From: Podarcis muralis
Lineage: Eukaryota
Length of the DNA: 64,000 bases
Reading direction: 5' to 3'
Assembly: GCF_964188315.1 (NCBI RefSeq)
Contig: NC_135670.1
Span: forward strand, 16,802,001 to 16,866,000
Part shown: positions 38,701-50,300 of the stretch, piece after piece
How the letters are laid out: each line of letters begins with the position of its first letter
How positions within the stretch are numbered: position 1 is the stretch's first letter
Program-made: the position numbers and the translations under genes
Notes under the pieces: generated by a model
Database searches by the model: none
What the model was told of the DNA's origin: nothing
The model's input: only the letters and a program-made list of their open reading frames with translations

Positions 38701-41700
38701 CAGTTACTATATAAATGAGGAGAATATAAGTGGGATGAAACTGGTGCTTTCTGCCACTGGCAGGTACAGGGCTGTCTTAAGCATATGCGGCGCCGGGGTG
38801 CAAAGATCCAGTGCTTACTAGCCTCCCCCTCTGTCCTCCCTCTCTCAGGTTGGTCTGGCCATCTGCTATGATCTCCGCTTCCCAGAAATATCTATCGCTC
38901 TGGCCCGGGAAGGAGCGGAGATTCTCACCTACCCATCAGCCTTCACTGTGACAACAGGCTCTGCCCACTGGGAGGTAAGTGGATCCAACATTACAGCGGT
39001 TGGGTGGGGTTCTTTCCAGGAATCCTTTCAATTAGAGCAGGCATAGGCAAACTCAGCCCTCCAGATGTTTTAGGACAACAATCCCCATAATCGCTGACCA
39101 CTGGTCCTGTTAGCTAGGGATCATGGGAGTTGTATTCCCAAAACATCTGGAGGGCCAAGTTTGCCTATGCCTGAATTAGAGGTTATGGGGGTTGAACCTG
39201 GAGCAAAGTGTTTCCTGTCTTGAGCTATGAATGTGCCAACACACTTTTTAGAAATAGTAGCTCGTTGCTGTCACATAGGGCAGTTTGCCCATGCTCAGAC
39301 AACCTTGTCCTAAGAAGAAACGCCTTTGTTCTCTTGCATTAAGGGCAGCAAAAACGACAGTACAGTCATACCTTGGGATAAGTATTTTCAGGTTGCGCAC
39401 TGCGGCGACCCGGAAGTAACGGAGCGTGTTATTTCCGGGTTTCACCGCTGGCGCATGTGCAGACGGTCAAAATGACGTCAAGCGCAGAAGCGGCGAATCG
39501 CGGCACGTGGGTTGTGTTCACTTCAGGATGCAAACAGGGCTCCGGAACAGATCCTGTTCGCATCCAGAGGTGCCACTGTAGAAGGCAGGAGGAGACAGCA
39601 TAACCCAACAAATAACATTGAACTTCTGCGTTTGAAATTCCTTAGTGAAGGACCCAAGTGTTCAAAAAAGTATTGGGCATCAAACTGTATCTTCTACCCC
39701 TTTGCTTCCTATTTCCCCTCCCTGCTCCTCCTGTTCTCCCACATCAGTGGTTCCCAAGCAGTTTTTGGCAACCACCCCCTTGGTTCCGTAAACCCATCCC
39801 CAGTGCCTCTTTTTACCCTATAAAAAGCATTATTCAGGATAGTGGTTTGCACAGCCCACTAAGGAAGGTAATAACACAATAAGATTCAAAAGATGAACAA
39901 TTCATTGCACATTTATTCAAAATCCAGTTGAAACTATTTAGTTTAACAAACTTGACCCAGCAGTGAGATCTGCTTTTCAAGGTCTGATAGCCATTTACAC
40001 CCCCAGCGCCGCCCTAGACCCTTCCTGCCTCCTGACCTAGTGCCCCTCTGGTAGGCAATCCCACTGACCTCCTGGGGCCAGAACCGCCCACTTTGAGAAC
40101 CACTGTCCTGAATCAACCTCTCTCAACCTGTTACCCTCCAAATGTTTTGAACTACAACTCCCAAAGAGTACCATTTTTATTTTATTTTTTGGGTGGGGCA
40201 GCTGCCCTACAAGAGCAGGGACCCTCTGAACCAGCTCAGAGGCACTCAAAGCCCTAGATTTCCGATAATGTAAGTTTACATGCTAGGGATAGTTAGAAAA
40301 AGGATTTGAAAACAAAACCACCACTACCATAATGCTGTTATACAAATCTGTGATGTGACCGCATGACAGTATTCCGGTTGCCTCGTCTGAAAAAGGGCAG
40401 TGCAGAGTTGGGAAGAACGTTCAGAAAAGGGCAACCAAAATTATCAAGGGGGATGGAGCGACTCTGTTGGGGACATTTTGGTTTGGAGAAAAGGTAAGAG
40501 GTGACGGGAATGAAAATTACACATTTGCATGGAGAATGTAGACAGATTCCCCGCCCCCCATAACACTAGAACTTGTGAACATCCAGTGAAGCTGAACACA
40601 GGAGGGTTAAGGACCAATAAAGTCCTTATTCACACAGCACATGGGTCACACTATTGAACTCTCTCCTACGGGAGGCAGCAATAGTCACCAACATAGATGG
40701 CTTTAAAAGAGGGTTGCACAAATTCATGGAGCAGAGGGCTATTAATGACTGCCTGCCAAGATTACTATGCTCATCTCTAGACCTACAGGCAGCAGTGCTT
40801 CCAAATACCAGTTGCTGGAAACTGCATGAGGGCAGAGGGCTCAGACCACTGTGAGAATAGGAGGCTGGACTAGATGGTCCAGTGACCTGGATCTAGCGGG
40901 CTCTTAGCTTATAATCAGAGTTGGAAAGAACCCAAATGTCTTAAGATTAAGAGAAAAGATCAAAGATTATTCATGTATGCCACAACTGCTGCAAGGACTT
41001 TGTTGGCCCCAAACTGGAAATCACAAGAAGTTCCTACCATTGCGGAGTGGCAGACGAAAATGATGGACTCTGCGGAGTTAGCCAAACTGACCGGCAGGAT
41101 TTGGGATCAGGACGATCAAAGATTCCAGGAAAATTGGAGTACATTTATGGTATATTTAAAGGATAATTGTAAAAACTTAAAGACACTAGCAGGATTGAAG
41201 TAACTCCTACAACGTAGACAGGATGATTAAGATGTAAGAAGATAAAATACGCGATAGGATGTGATAAGAGATACCAACTGAAGGGAGGGAGGGAAGTCGC
41301 AAGCTCGGCAGAACAAAAGGTTTATATGTTGACTAATGTATTGTAAGAATGAATGTGTAAAGAAAATAATAAAAATTTATTGGGAAAAAGGGGAAAGAAC
41401 CCAAATGGTCGTCTGGCCCAATGCAGGAGTCAGCTCAAGAATCCTTGACAGATGGCCATCGAACCTCTGTTCAAAAACCTCCAACGAAGGAGAAACCACC
41501 ACGCTCTGAAGTCATCTCTTCCACTGTTCGGAGGTGTTGTATTCTCATGTTAAAATCTGCAATGGGCGGAGACACCGCAGGCTCCACCCCTGACTCTTTT
41601 ATGCTCCTCCCTCCTCTGCAGGTGCTACTGCGAGCTCGTGCTGTGGAGACCCAGTGCTATGTGGTCGCAGCTGCTCAGACAGGAAAGCACCACGCAAGCC

Positions 41701-41900
41701 GCAGCTCCTACGGCCATGCCATGGTAGTGGATCCATGGGGCAGCGTGGTCGCCCAGTGCCAGGAGGGGCCAGGCGTGTGCTACGCAGAGATCGACCTTGG
41801 CTACCTGCACCGCATCCGGCAGGAGATGCCAGTCTTCTCCCATCGCCGGGCCGACCTGTATGGCCAGGTGGCTGCTCAGAAGAGACCCCCATCCCCATGA
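35708..41900 (+). CDS. NIT1: Nitrilase 1 / deaminated glutathione amidase; exon 1 carrying AT of a split ATG not located
   Basis: Exons 35708-35800, 36144-36398, 36518-36621, 37531-37664, 38849-38974, 41622-41900, GT-AG, phases consistent. Nitrilase triad E (FLPE), K (YRKTH), C (ICYD). [23 protein letters not shown] and [12 protein letters not shown] are present. Internal ATG at 36154. Confidence 0.93.
36937..37258 (+). mobile_element. Sauria SINE with TSD, nested in a MIR-like SINE
   Basis: Complete head GGGACGCGGGTGGCGCTGTGG; TSD TTCTCCCAGGTCT at 36922-36934 and 37259-37271. Confidence 0.92.
37800..38600 (+). mobile_element. CR1-type element with long 3'UTR, interrupted by a MITE
   Basis: CR1 ORF2 remnant followed by the recurrent CATCTGGTTGG...GTGAGA(A/G)CAGGATGCTG(G/A)ACTAGATGG tail. 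Related copies at about 13985-14105, 22114-22390, 29590-29820, 40330-40910, 43010-43320, 48995-49350 and 53400-53610. Confidence 0.75.
38157..38402. mobile_element. Tc1/mariner (Tigger-like) MITE
   Basis: Ends CAGTCATACCTC / GAGGTACCACTG with TA TSD; related copy at 39363-39578. Confidence 0.85.
39038..39173. mobile_element. 136-bp palindromic hAT MITE
   Basis: TIR CAGGCATAGGCAAACT with a perfect 8-bp TSD AATTAGAG. Confidence 0.88.
39363..39578. mobile_element. Tc1/mariner (Tigger-like) MITE
   Basis: Same family as 38157-38402, with TA TSD. Confidence 0.85.
40939..41391 (+). mobile_element. 5'-truncated L1-clade LINE 3' end with 16-bp TSD
   Basis: TSD GGAAAGAACCCAAATG at 40923-40938 and 41392-41407. 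ORF 40973-41203 is an open ORF2 C-terminus. AATAAA at 41368-41373. Confidence 0.85.
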
Positions 41901-44289
41901 TTTGCTAGGGTGCTGCTGGACCAGCCTCCAGAACCTCTTATCCTTCTAATGACCTACCTGGGTGGATTTTCGCTCCCTCAACCAATTTGGCACTCCAGCA
42001 ATTCTGCTAGGGAGTGGATGATAAGTAGAACAACAGAGAAATGTACCCGTTCTCCCAAGTGGATCCAGGAAAGGGCACCTGGGAGGGTGCATTTGCTCAG
42101 ATGAGCTCCAGTGAATCCTTTGCCCCTAAATTAGGGGTGGGGAATCTGCAGGCCCCCAGATCCTGCTGGACCTAAATTCCCATCAGTTCCAGCAAGTGTG
42201 GAAAGATGGGAGATGCAGTCCAGGAACATTCAAAGTTTCCCCACCTCTGACTGAAGTTAATCTGCCCCTGCTGGACTCCCACACTTCTTCCCGTCACCCA
42301 ATAATCCATTTTTAAACAGGTACAGTATTGAGCTCAGAACCCAGCTGGCTTCCAATAGGGTTCTGCCCCTTAGGCAAAGCGTGCTTTGCATTTAAGTTTC
42401 CATCTCTCTGCTGCTAAGAGTCAAGTATCACAACTCGCACACACGATGCAAACTTTTCGGATCACTTTATTCCGTGCTGAACATCATCCTTCCACTTGAT
42501 TGCAACTTAGAGATGAGGAATAAGTTTTTAGCAAATAAATTTGTCACTTGCGTGCATGATGCAAACTTGGAATATCTCTTTTTGTTTTGCATTTTCTGCA
42601 CTTCTGGTAGTCACCGGGAGAGGCAAGGGCACTGGCACCTCGACCCTGACTGCTGGGACCTTGTTCAGCAACTCCTCCGAGGCAGCTTTACTTGTATTAT
42701 TTTTCAAGATCTGGAAACTTGGTTTTAAAAACAAACACAAGGTCAGGGTGCCCAGACACCTGCATCCTGGGGCCAATTCAGAGGGCTTTCCTTTTTTTGC
42801 ATGTGCATTGTTAAAACCAATTTAAAGCTAATGATTTTAACTGTTTGTATTTTATCTTGCTAAGTTGCTAAGAGAATGGGGTTTGTTTTTGGTATAAGGT
42901 AGCTAACAAATGTAATAAATAATGTAATGGCTGTTCACGCGCAGTATTGCCACATGCACAGCTAAGCATGAAGTAGACACTTTGAAGACCTTAAAAAATT
43001 TTTTTAAAAAAGTTATTTCACACAGCACATATTTAAACTATGGAACTCACTCCCACAAGAGGCAGTAGTTCTCACCAACTGGGATGGCATTTAAAGATCC
43101 GACAAATTCATGGAGGGCTGCTAGCCGTGATGGCTTTACTCTGTCTCTACAGTCAGAGGAAGGAAATGCTTCTGAACACCAGTTGCTTGAAATCACAGGG
43201 AGAAGGCTCTTGTGCTCAGCTGCCGCTTGTTGGGTTTCCTACAGGCATCTAGTTGGCCACTGTGAGAACAGGATGCTGGACTAGATGGGCCACTGGCCTG
43301 ATCCAGCAAGCTTGGCTTAGATTCTAATTAAATGCAACCCCTGCAAAAGGTGTTGCTGAATGGGAATCAGCCATCAAGGTCCCCTAGCTTCAGAGATTGC
43401 TGGTCACCAACAGCCACTTTTCCAAACTTCTCAATGCTAAATTTCTCCACGAATTTGTCTAATCTACTTTCAAAGCCATGTAGATTGGGGAGCATCACTG
43501 CCTCCTAAGGCTGGAAGATCCATAGGTTAACTACGCACTGCGTGAGGAAGTCCGTTCTTTCATCTCCCATGAATCTTCCAACATTCAGCATCATTGGGTG
43601 TCCACAAGTTCTAGCATTATTCAGGAGAGGGAGAAAAACCTTTTGTGTCGCCTTTCTCCCTGCCGTGCATAATTTTATAAACTATAGTTGAACGACTGAG
43701 GCTGAAGAGTTACATTTCAAAAGATCTGGAGGGCACCCAGGTTGGCAAGAGCTAAATTCTAGCCAGCTGTAAATGGGTGTTTTAGTGCCCAGATTTGTAT
43801 CATTTCCCCCCTGAAGTATTACCAGCGGGAAACCTCATTTAAATGAGCCTTGTTTCCTTGCCAATTCAAACAAAGGATGGAGAATTTGTGGCCTTTGTGT
43901 TGTTGGGACTCCAGCTCCCATCAGCCCCAGTACTACCACTGGCCAGGAATGATGGGAGCCCAGAGGTTAGATTCCCGTGATTTAAAATAACCCAGGCTAG
44001 AGCACAGAAACAGGGCTTTATCCTTGCCCTCCCCACCTTTATTTTCTGTCCCCCAAAGCCACTGCCAGAAGTTTTTTTGACCGGCTAGAATAATCTACAC
44101 ACGCAAAGGAAAATGGTGTCTTCAGGAAAACAGAGGTATTGAGGTACCAGGGGAAGAAAAGCCGATGTAATCTGGGCATGAGCCACTAAAGGTTCATCTA
44201 ACGCATCTAAGTTTTTGCCTCAACTGGAAGTTACCATTTTCTCTTGCACACACAGGTGAGCAAAGCACAGACCCCTGACAGTAGCAGCA

Positions 44290-47200
44290 ACAAAAGGCAG
44301 AAGATTTTTATTATTATTATTCTGAGGAAAAACAAAGCTACACTGGGATTATGACCAGTTACACTGGAAGTTCCTTAAAAAAAACCAAAACAGAAGTCAC
44401 AGATTTTACACAAATTTGTGCCAGATGTGTTCTGAAATGGGAAGTGTGTGTGCGCGTGTGAGTGAGTGAGGGGAGGGGTACACAAAGGATAGCGGCAGGG
44501 GCCCTTGCACACTTTGCCAAGATACCTTGTACAGTTGACCTTTGGCAAGCTTGTGCCCTCTGGATGTTGCAGGATTAACACTCCCATCGGGGCTAATGAA
44601 AGCTGTACTCCCACGTCTGAAAGATGCCAGCTTGGCGAAGGCGGTTGCAGAGCATAAGAGACATCAGATACTTGCACATCAAGTGGAATATTTCCCAACC
44701 AATGCAGGGTTAGATTTTGGCTCAAAACCTGTTTACGCAATCGATCGACTTGAGTGGCATAGCTTACCCTGGACTGTACCAACTTCAGGCTGAAACAAGG
44801 GTTGCTATGCAAGGGTGGCATGTCAAGCAGAAGACTAGGGCAAAATATCCTCTGCTTTCTTCCTATAATTATTAGCCTTTTCTTTTTAAAGGCTTTTTTT
44901 TGTCCTTTCTAGCCCTTTTCTCTCTGGTTGTTTTTTTAAAAAAAGCAATTTACAGAATGCAAGGGAAGAGTTCTAGTTTCTTCTCCCCCCAATAAAACAA
45001 ATATAAAGACCATATCTTAAAGCTAAATCAACATGCCCTTTGTTTTTCTGTACATTTTTAAAAAACCCAGTTGAAATGGTACAGCCCAAGGGTAAAGAGC
45101 AACGCCACTTGATTTTGCCTGCCAGTCAGATAAACCGCCCCACCATTGGAACGCTCCTGTTCATACATTTCTTAGATGGAGCCTTCTTGTTTGACTAGTA
45201 AGCCAGAAAGAGAAACTTGAAGAGGAGTGGGGGGAAGTGAGTGAATACTACCATCTGTGCCATCTGAAAGAACTCGGGGGGGGGGGGGGGAGGGGGCTAC
45301 CAAGATTATATTGCTTGGGTTGGGGGGATACGATGCTGTTCAGAAGTTACAAGCTTTCTGGAATAGGCATCCAAAACCCAAGGGAAACACCACCATGGCT
45401 TGCCAAGGCGATTTCACAATACGTACTTAGTGTAATCCAATGGAATCCCAAAAGCAGCATGTGTAACTCATCCAACGGAAACACAAAAATTCAGGAGCAA
45501 AACTTTAAAAAAAAATTAAAGAAAAAAGAATAGATAATCCCTTTTAAAGAGTGACTTGGGATACTTGAGCAGGCTTCTTCCTACCAATACATATGCATTT
45601 ATAATAAAAAATAATAATTGATTTTCCCCACTGACGGAGCCTAAGGAAGTCCCAATCTACGGTATCTCCTGGGGCAGGGAGTCACCCCATCTCAAGTTGC
45701 AGTCTTACCAAAACCTAACAGTGCATTTTAAGCCCACCTGCCCCACCCAACAATAAACCACCAGGGTCCTCTCTGCTCTCAGCACTGGGAATGTTCACCC
45801 CTCAAGCTTCTCCCAGCAGCTCAAAAAAAGAGAGGGGGGAAAAAAGCTTATTTAATATAGGACAAGACACGGGAGGCAACTGCTGTGGTGCCCAGCACCA
45901 CCTGAACAGAAGGCAAGAGCGGAAGGAGCTCCTGCCACACATCCCTTTTGCAGCCTTCCCAGGGGAGTAAGCCGAGAGCCAAGCCCAGATCGAGAAACTG
46001 GAGGATCACGTTCCTGGAAAAAAACACAAAATGGCAAAGGAGGTGGAAGGCTGGACTGCCTTGTCCTCCTGGCTCTGATCTGACACAGCCATTCGCAGCT
46101 GGAACAATCCCTTCCACCTCCTCCTTGCCCTTTGCACCCACGCAAGGCCGGCCGTGGTGCTTGTGTGGTTTCAGAGAGGTGAGAAAAGGCCTCAGACGGG
46201 TGGCCCTTTCTCTGTTGTCTTTGGAGGCAGACGATCCCTCCACCAAAGGTTGAGGGAAAGGCACACACAGTGGATCGGGAGGGGGGGGGCTGAAAATACT
46301 CTCTGCTCAGGACACACGTCAGGGGAAAGGGTTAGGTGGGGGGGAGAACAAACACTCAAATTTAATTCAGCTGAGCTAGCTGGGCTGGGACAATGCACAC
46401 TCTTCCCACATGCACAGAAGAAAACAGTCTTCCAGAGCAGCTAAGGTCCCAAAGACTATTTCGTCCCTTGTGTCTGGACCCCCACCCTTGCTGCGACTTC
46501 CTTCTAGGCGAGGGTCCTTCCCATCCACACTCCCCACCCGCCAACAAAGTCAATTGCATAACCATTCCTAAATCCAACTGGCAGGCCTTGAGTGTCACTT
46601 ATAAGAACATTGCTACATAGAGGGGGCAGGTGGTGCGTCTGGTTAAGATGCAAGCGCTCTCTTCCCCAACTCCACTCCAAGACGCCCCGTTCCTCCCCCA
46701 CCCTGTCCCCCCACCCATGGAACTCACAGCTTGAAAGAAAAAAACACCGGTGTTAAGATGTTCCTGGCACAAGAAGAGCCACGTTCAGGTTTGCTTCTTA
46801 TTTTTAATATAAAGAGTGGAAGTCTCGCCTTCTGGACCTCGCCGCACCTGCTTAGACCTTTCTGGGCAATGGCACACCACAGGACAGTCTAATGTTTTGG
46901 AGAGACAGTACCAAAAAGAAAACAAAAAACAAAAAAACCCAGGAGAGAAGTAGACAGCACAAGAGAGAATGTGGTTAAGAAAAGACGAGAGACCAGAGGA
47001 GCATCGGTCAATGAGCGAAGATGCTCCGCTGGCCTGCAGGGAAAGGGCCCCCGCATCTCCCTTGCAGGCAGGGAGGAGCCCAGGAATTTCCATCTCCTGT
47101 TTTGGTTCCCAACTGGGGGAAAAAGAAAAAACCAACCACAGCGCTCATCCTCGTGTCGAAACAGACCGTACAGTTACTCAGTACATGGCAGGGAGCTTGA

Positions 47201-47322
47201 GGTTTCATTCCTTTTAAGATGTTTTTTTTCCTTTTCTTGAGAGATAGAGAAAAAAATCCGGGAAAAAAACCACCCAAAGGAGAGGCAGAGGACAGGGTGG
47301 GGGGAATAACAGCAGCCGAGGC
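44290..47322 (-). other. Probable long (about 3 kb) DEDD 3'UTR
   Basis: Stretch downstream of the DEDD stop in which I recognised no transposon copy, ending at AATAAA (minus) at 44307-44312. End point inferred. Confidence 0.55.
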
Positions 47323-50300
47323 TCAAGGGGCCGTCTGGAGCATCAAGTTCCTCAGGAGTTTCTGACGGCCCACCTCGTAATCCTCTTCGTCCACGTTGAC
47401 CAGGAGCTTGATGGCCTCGTGGCCCACCGCTTGCTTGAGCGAGTCTGTGATGAAGACCCCCTTGAGGGCCTCCAGTAGCGAGCCGTTGATGTAGTCGCGC
47501 CAGAAAGCGTCGAGGTAAGTGAGCTCCGAAAACTTTATGTCACAGATGATGGAGCCCAGGTCCCGGGATTTCAAGATGGTGTTGGCCTGGCTAAAGCGCT
47601 CAAACTGGCGCTCCAGGGGGTCCTGCTTGTTGGAGAAGACGTTCCCCTCCAAGGCCGTTTCGTGCTGGCAGTACTCCGCTCGGACTCGCAGGCGGATGTC
47701 TGGAAGGGAAGCGCCAGGAGACAGGAGATACGTTAGTGCTCTCTCTGCTCGAAACATCCAAATGTCCCGGATGTGAGATCTCAGGAACCGGGTCCTCTTT
47801 GCGAAATGGTAGGAGCAGCTAATGTGGTGCCCTCCAGATGTGGATGGACTACAACTCCCATGGTCACAGACCAGTGGGCCATGCTAGCTGGGACTGATGG
47901 GAGTTGTAGTCCAACTGTATTGGCTACCTCTTCAACTGGTGGGTCAGGACCCGTTAGTGGGTTGCAGCCTGATTCAAGGTGGGTCACGGCAGGAGTGCTA
48001 GCACCATGCAAATATATTGTGACTGATTTAAGAAATGGGTCCCCAAATGCATACAGTTGTACTTCGGCTCCCAAACACCTTGGGAGTCGAACGTTTCAGC
48101 TCCCGAACAATCAAAAACTGGAAGTGATTGTTCCGGATTTCTAACGTTTTTTCGGAAGCTGAACATCTGACAGAGCTTCCAATTGGCTGCAGGAGCCGCG
48201 CTTTGGAAGCTGAACAGACTTCTGGAACAGATTCTGTTCAACTTCTGAGATACAACTGTATCAATCAAGAGCGGTCCTGCTGTACCTCTAGCTCCAATAT
48301 GCCCTGCTGCAAAATCCTATGCCCAAAATGTGTCCCTCATTTCATACCCTCTCTTTGCCTTTGGCAATACTGGGAGGGGACAGACTTGTACCACCAGCCC
48401 CTTGAGCTGCTGATCCCCAATGCTGTGGAAGGGTCAACAGTGTAATGTCTCTGTCTCACACACACCCCACATCTGTCTCAGCATAGAAGATTGTTGGGCT
48501 ATGTGATAGTCCTGGGTCTTAGCAAGACCTGCATTCAGAGCATCCATCTTGGGAGGGGACTCAAACATGGCTGCCACGCCGCTGCTACTGTCAAGATCCT
48601 TACCGCACGTCTGTTTGTCTTTCGGGTCTGGCGTCACCGACTTCCTCCTTTTCCGCTGGCTCCCAAGGAGGGCTCGTCCCCGGCCAGGTCTCTTGGTGCA
48701 GATCTGGGGGCCTGAAGAGGAGCAGCAGACCAGCGGGTGGTGGGGAGGCACTGGGAGGAGGCACAAAGGTGAGGGCTCAGACAGCTCAGGGCAGGACTAG
48801 AGACTGTGAGTTGTTGTTACTATTTTTGGGTGGGGTGGGGGAATGCACACGTCCCACTTCACAACCCCAAGAGGCTCTCAAGGCAGCTGACCAAGAAAAG
48901 CCTCACGACAATAACACTCACAGCCACATAAAAGAGCAGGAACAGAAAGAAGCAAGGTTTTTATCTTTTCCTCGGGGATAACCCCTGGTCTTGCTCATCT
49001 GGCAGCATCACACAGGAACATCAGAGCCGGCTGGATCAGAGCAACGGCCCATCTAGTCCAGCAGCCTTTTCTCACTGTGGCCAACCAGATATCCATTATG
49101 GGAAACCTGCAAGCAGGACCCGAGCACAAGAGCACACTCCTCTCCTGTAGTTTGTATTCAGAAGCATTACCTGCCTCCAACAATGGAAACAGAGTATAGT
49201 TATCATGGCTAGCAGCCATCAGTAACCCTCTCCACGAATTTTTTGTCCTCTTTTAAAGCCATCTAGATTGGCGGCCATCACTGCCTCCTGTGGGAGCAAG
49301 TTCCATAGTCTAACTATGCGCTGCATGAAGGAGGATTTTCTTTTGTCTGTCCTGAATACTGAGGACTAGTGAGGCAGGGGCCCTCAGTAAGACAGAACTT
49401 GCCCCATCCTTAATGGAAGCAAGCCTAGTAGGCTGAAGCATCATCAGAATACAATTAAATACTGTGTAATCTGCATCCTGCCTATCCCGCTTGGAGCCTA
49501 GGCTAGTTTGGTGGTGGTGGTGTGGGGAGGGTACCCCATTTTAGCCCGGCCAGCTTCTTCCACCCACACAGACACCACTTCAAACCTGCAAATCAAATCT
49601 AGAGAGAGTCTTCAAGATCTTAAGATGTTCCATAAAAATGACAAATGTGTGTGTGGGGGGGGGGAGGCTTATTCAGAGACCTGGTGACAAAGCAATCTCA
49701 AGATCTTAACAGTGACAAAATTAAACACAACTTCCAACTGTCTGGAAATTAATGTTGCTTTATAAATACTATGTCTGGAGTGCTAAATTGAATGAGCAGA
49801 ACTGACAATATTTATTTCACCAGGATTACAAGACCAGGACTGGCTCCTACTATTGTCATTCAATACAGACTTCCCTGGCACTTGGAAACAACGCCTTCAG
49901 AAACCTTTCACTGGGGCAAAGAACAAAATTCCTGGTTTCAAATTGGTTCTGCCTCTCCTCATCACTTTTTGGCTTTTGCCTCACTTGAAACAGGGGTGGG
50001 GAACCTCAGGCCTGAGGGCCAAATGCGGCCCTCTGCCCCTTCCTTTCTATCTGGCTAAATTTGCACTAACAGCTAAGAAGTTGTGTTCTAACCATATCGA
50101 GAATTATAATACATTATAAATTTTAATCCAATATTGTTACCCTTGGATGGTATACACAGCAATTAATGGCTGCCCAGTGACTTTCCATAACACATTTCTC
50201 TTTTAATTCATGCATTGCTTTGGAAATTTTATATTTTATATATTGTAAAGTATGAACAATAAACTTCACCGACTGACTGACTGCCCTCATAACCACAGTT

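Noticed and set aside
41421-41621. N-terminal part of the 159-aa ORF 41421-41900 as coding
   Set aside because: It is intronic; the real NIT1 exon starts at the acceptor at 41622.
44375-44821. 148-aa minus-strand ORF and a 22-nt micro-exon-like unit at 44768-44789
   Set aside because: Inside the probable DEDD 3'UTR with no partner exons or recognisable protein; treated as chance.
45848-46444. Overlapping 96-138 aa ORFs
   Set aside because: They lie in the probable DEDD 3'UTR, appear in several frames at once and show no domain signature.
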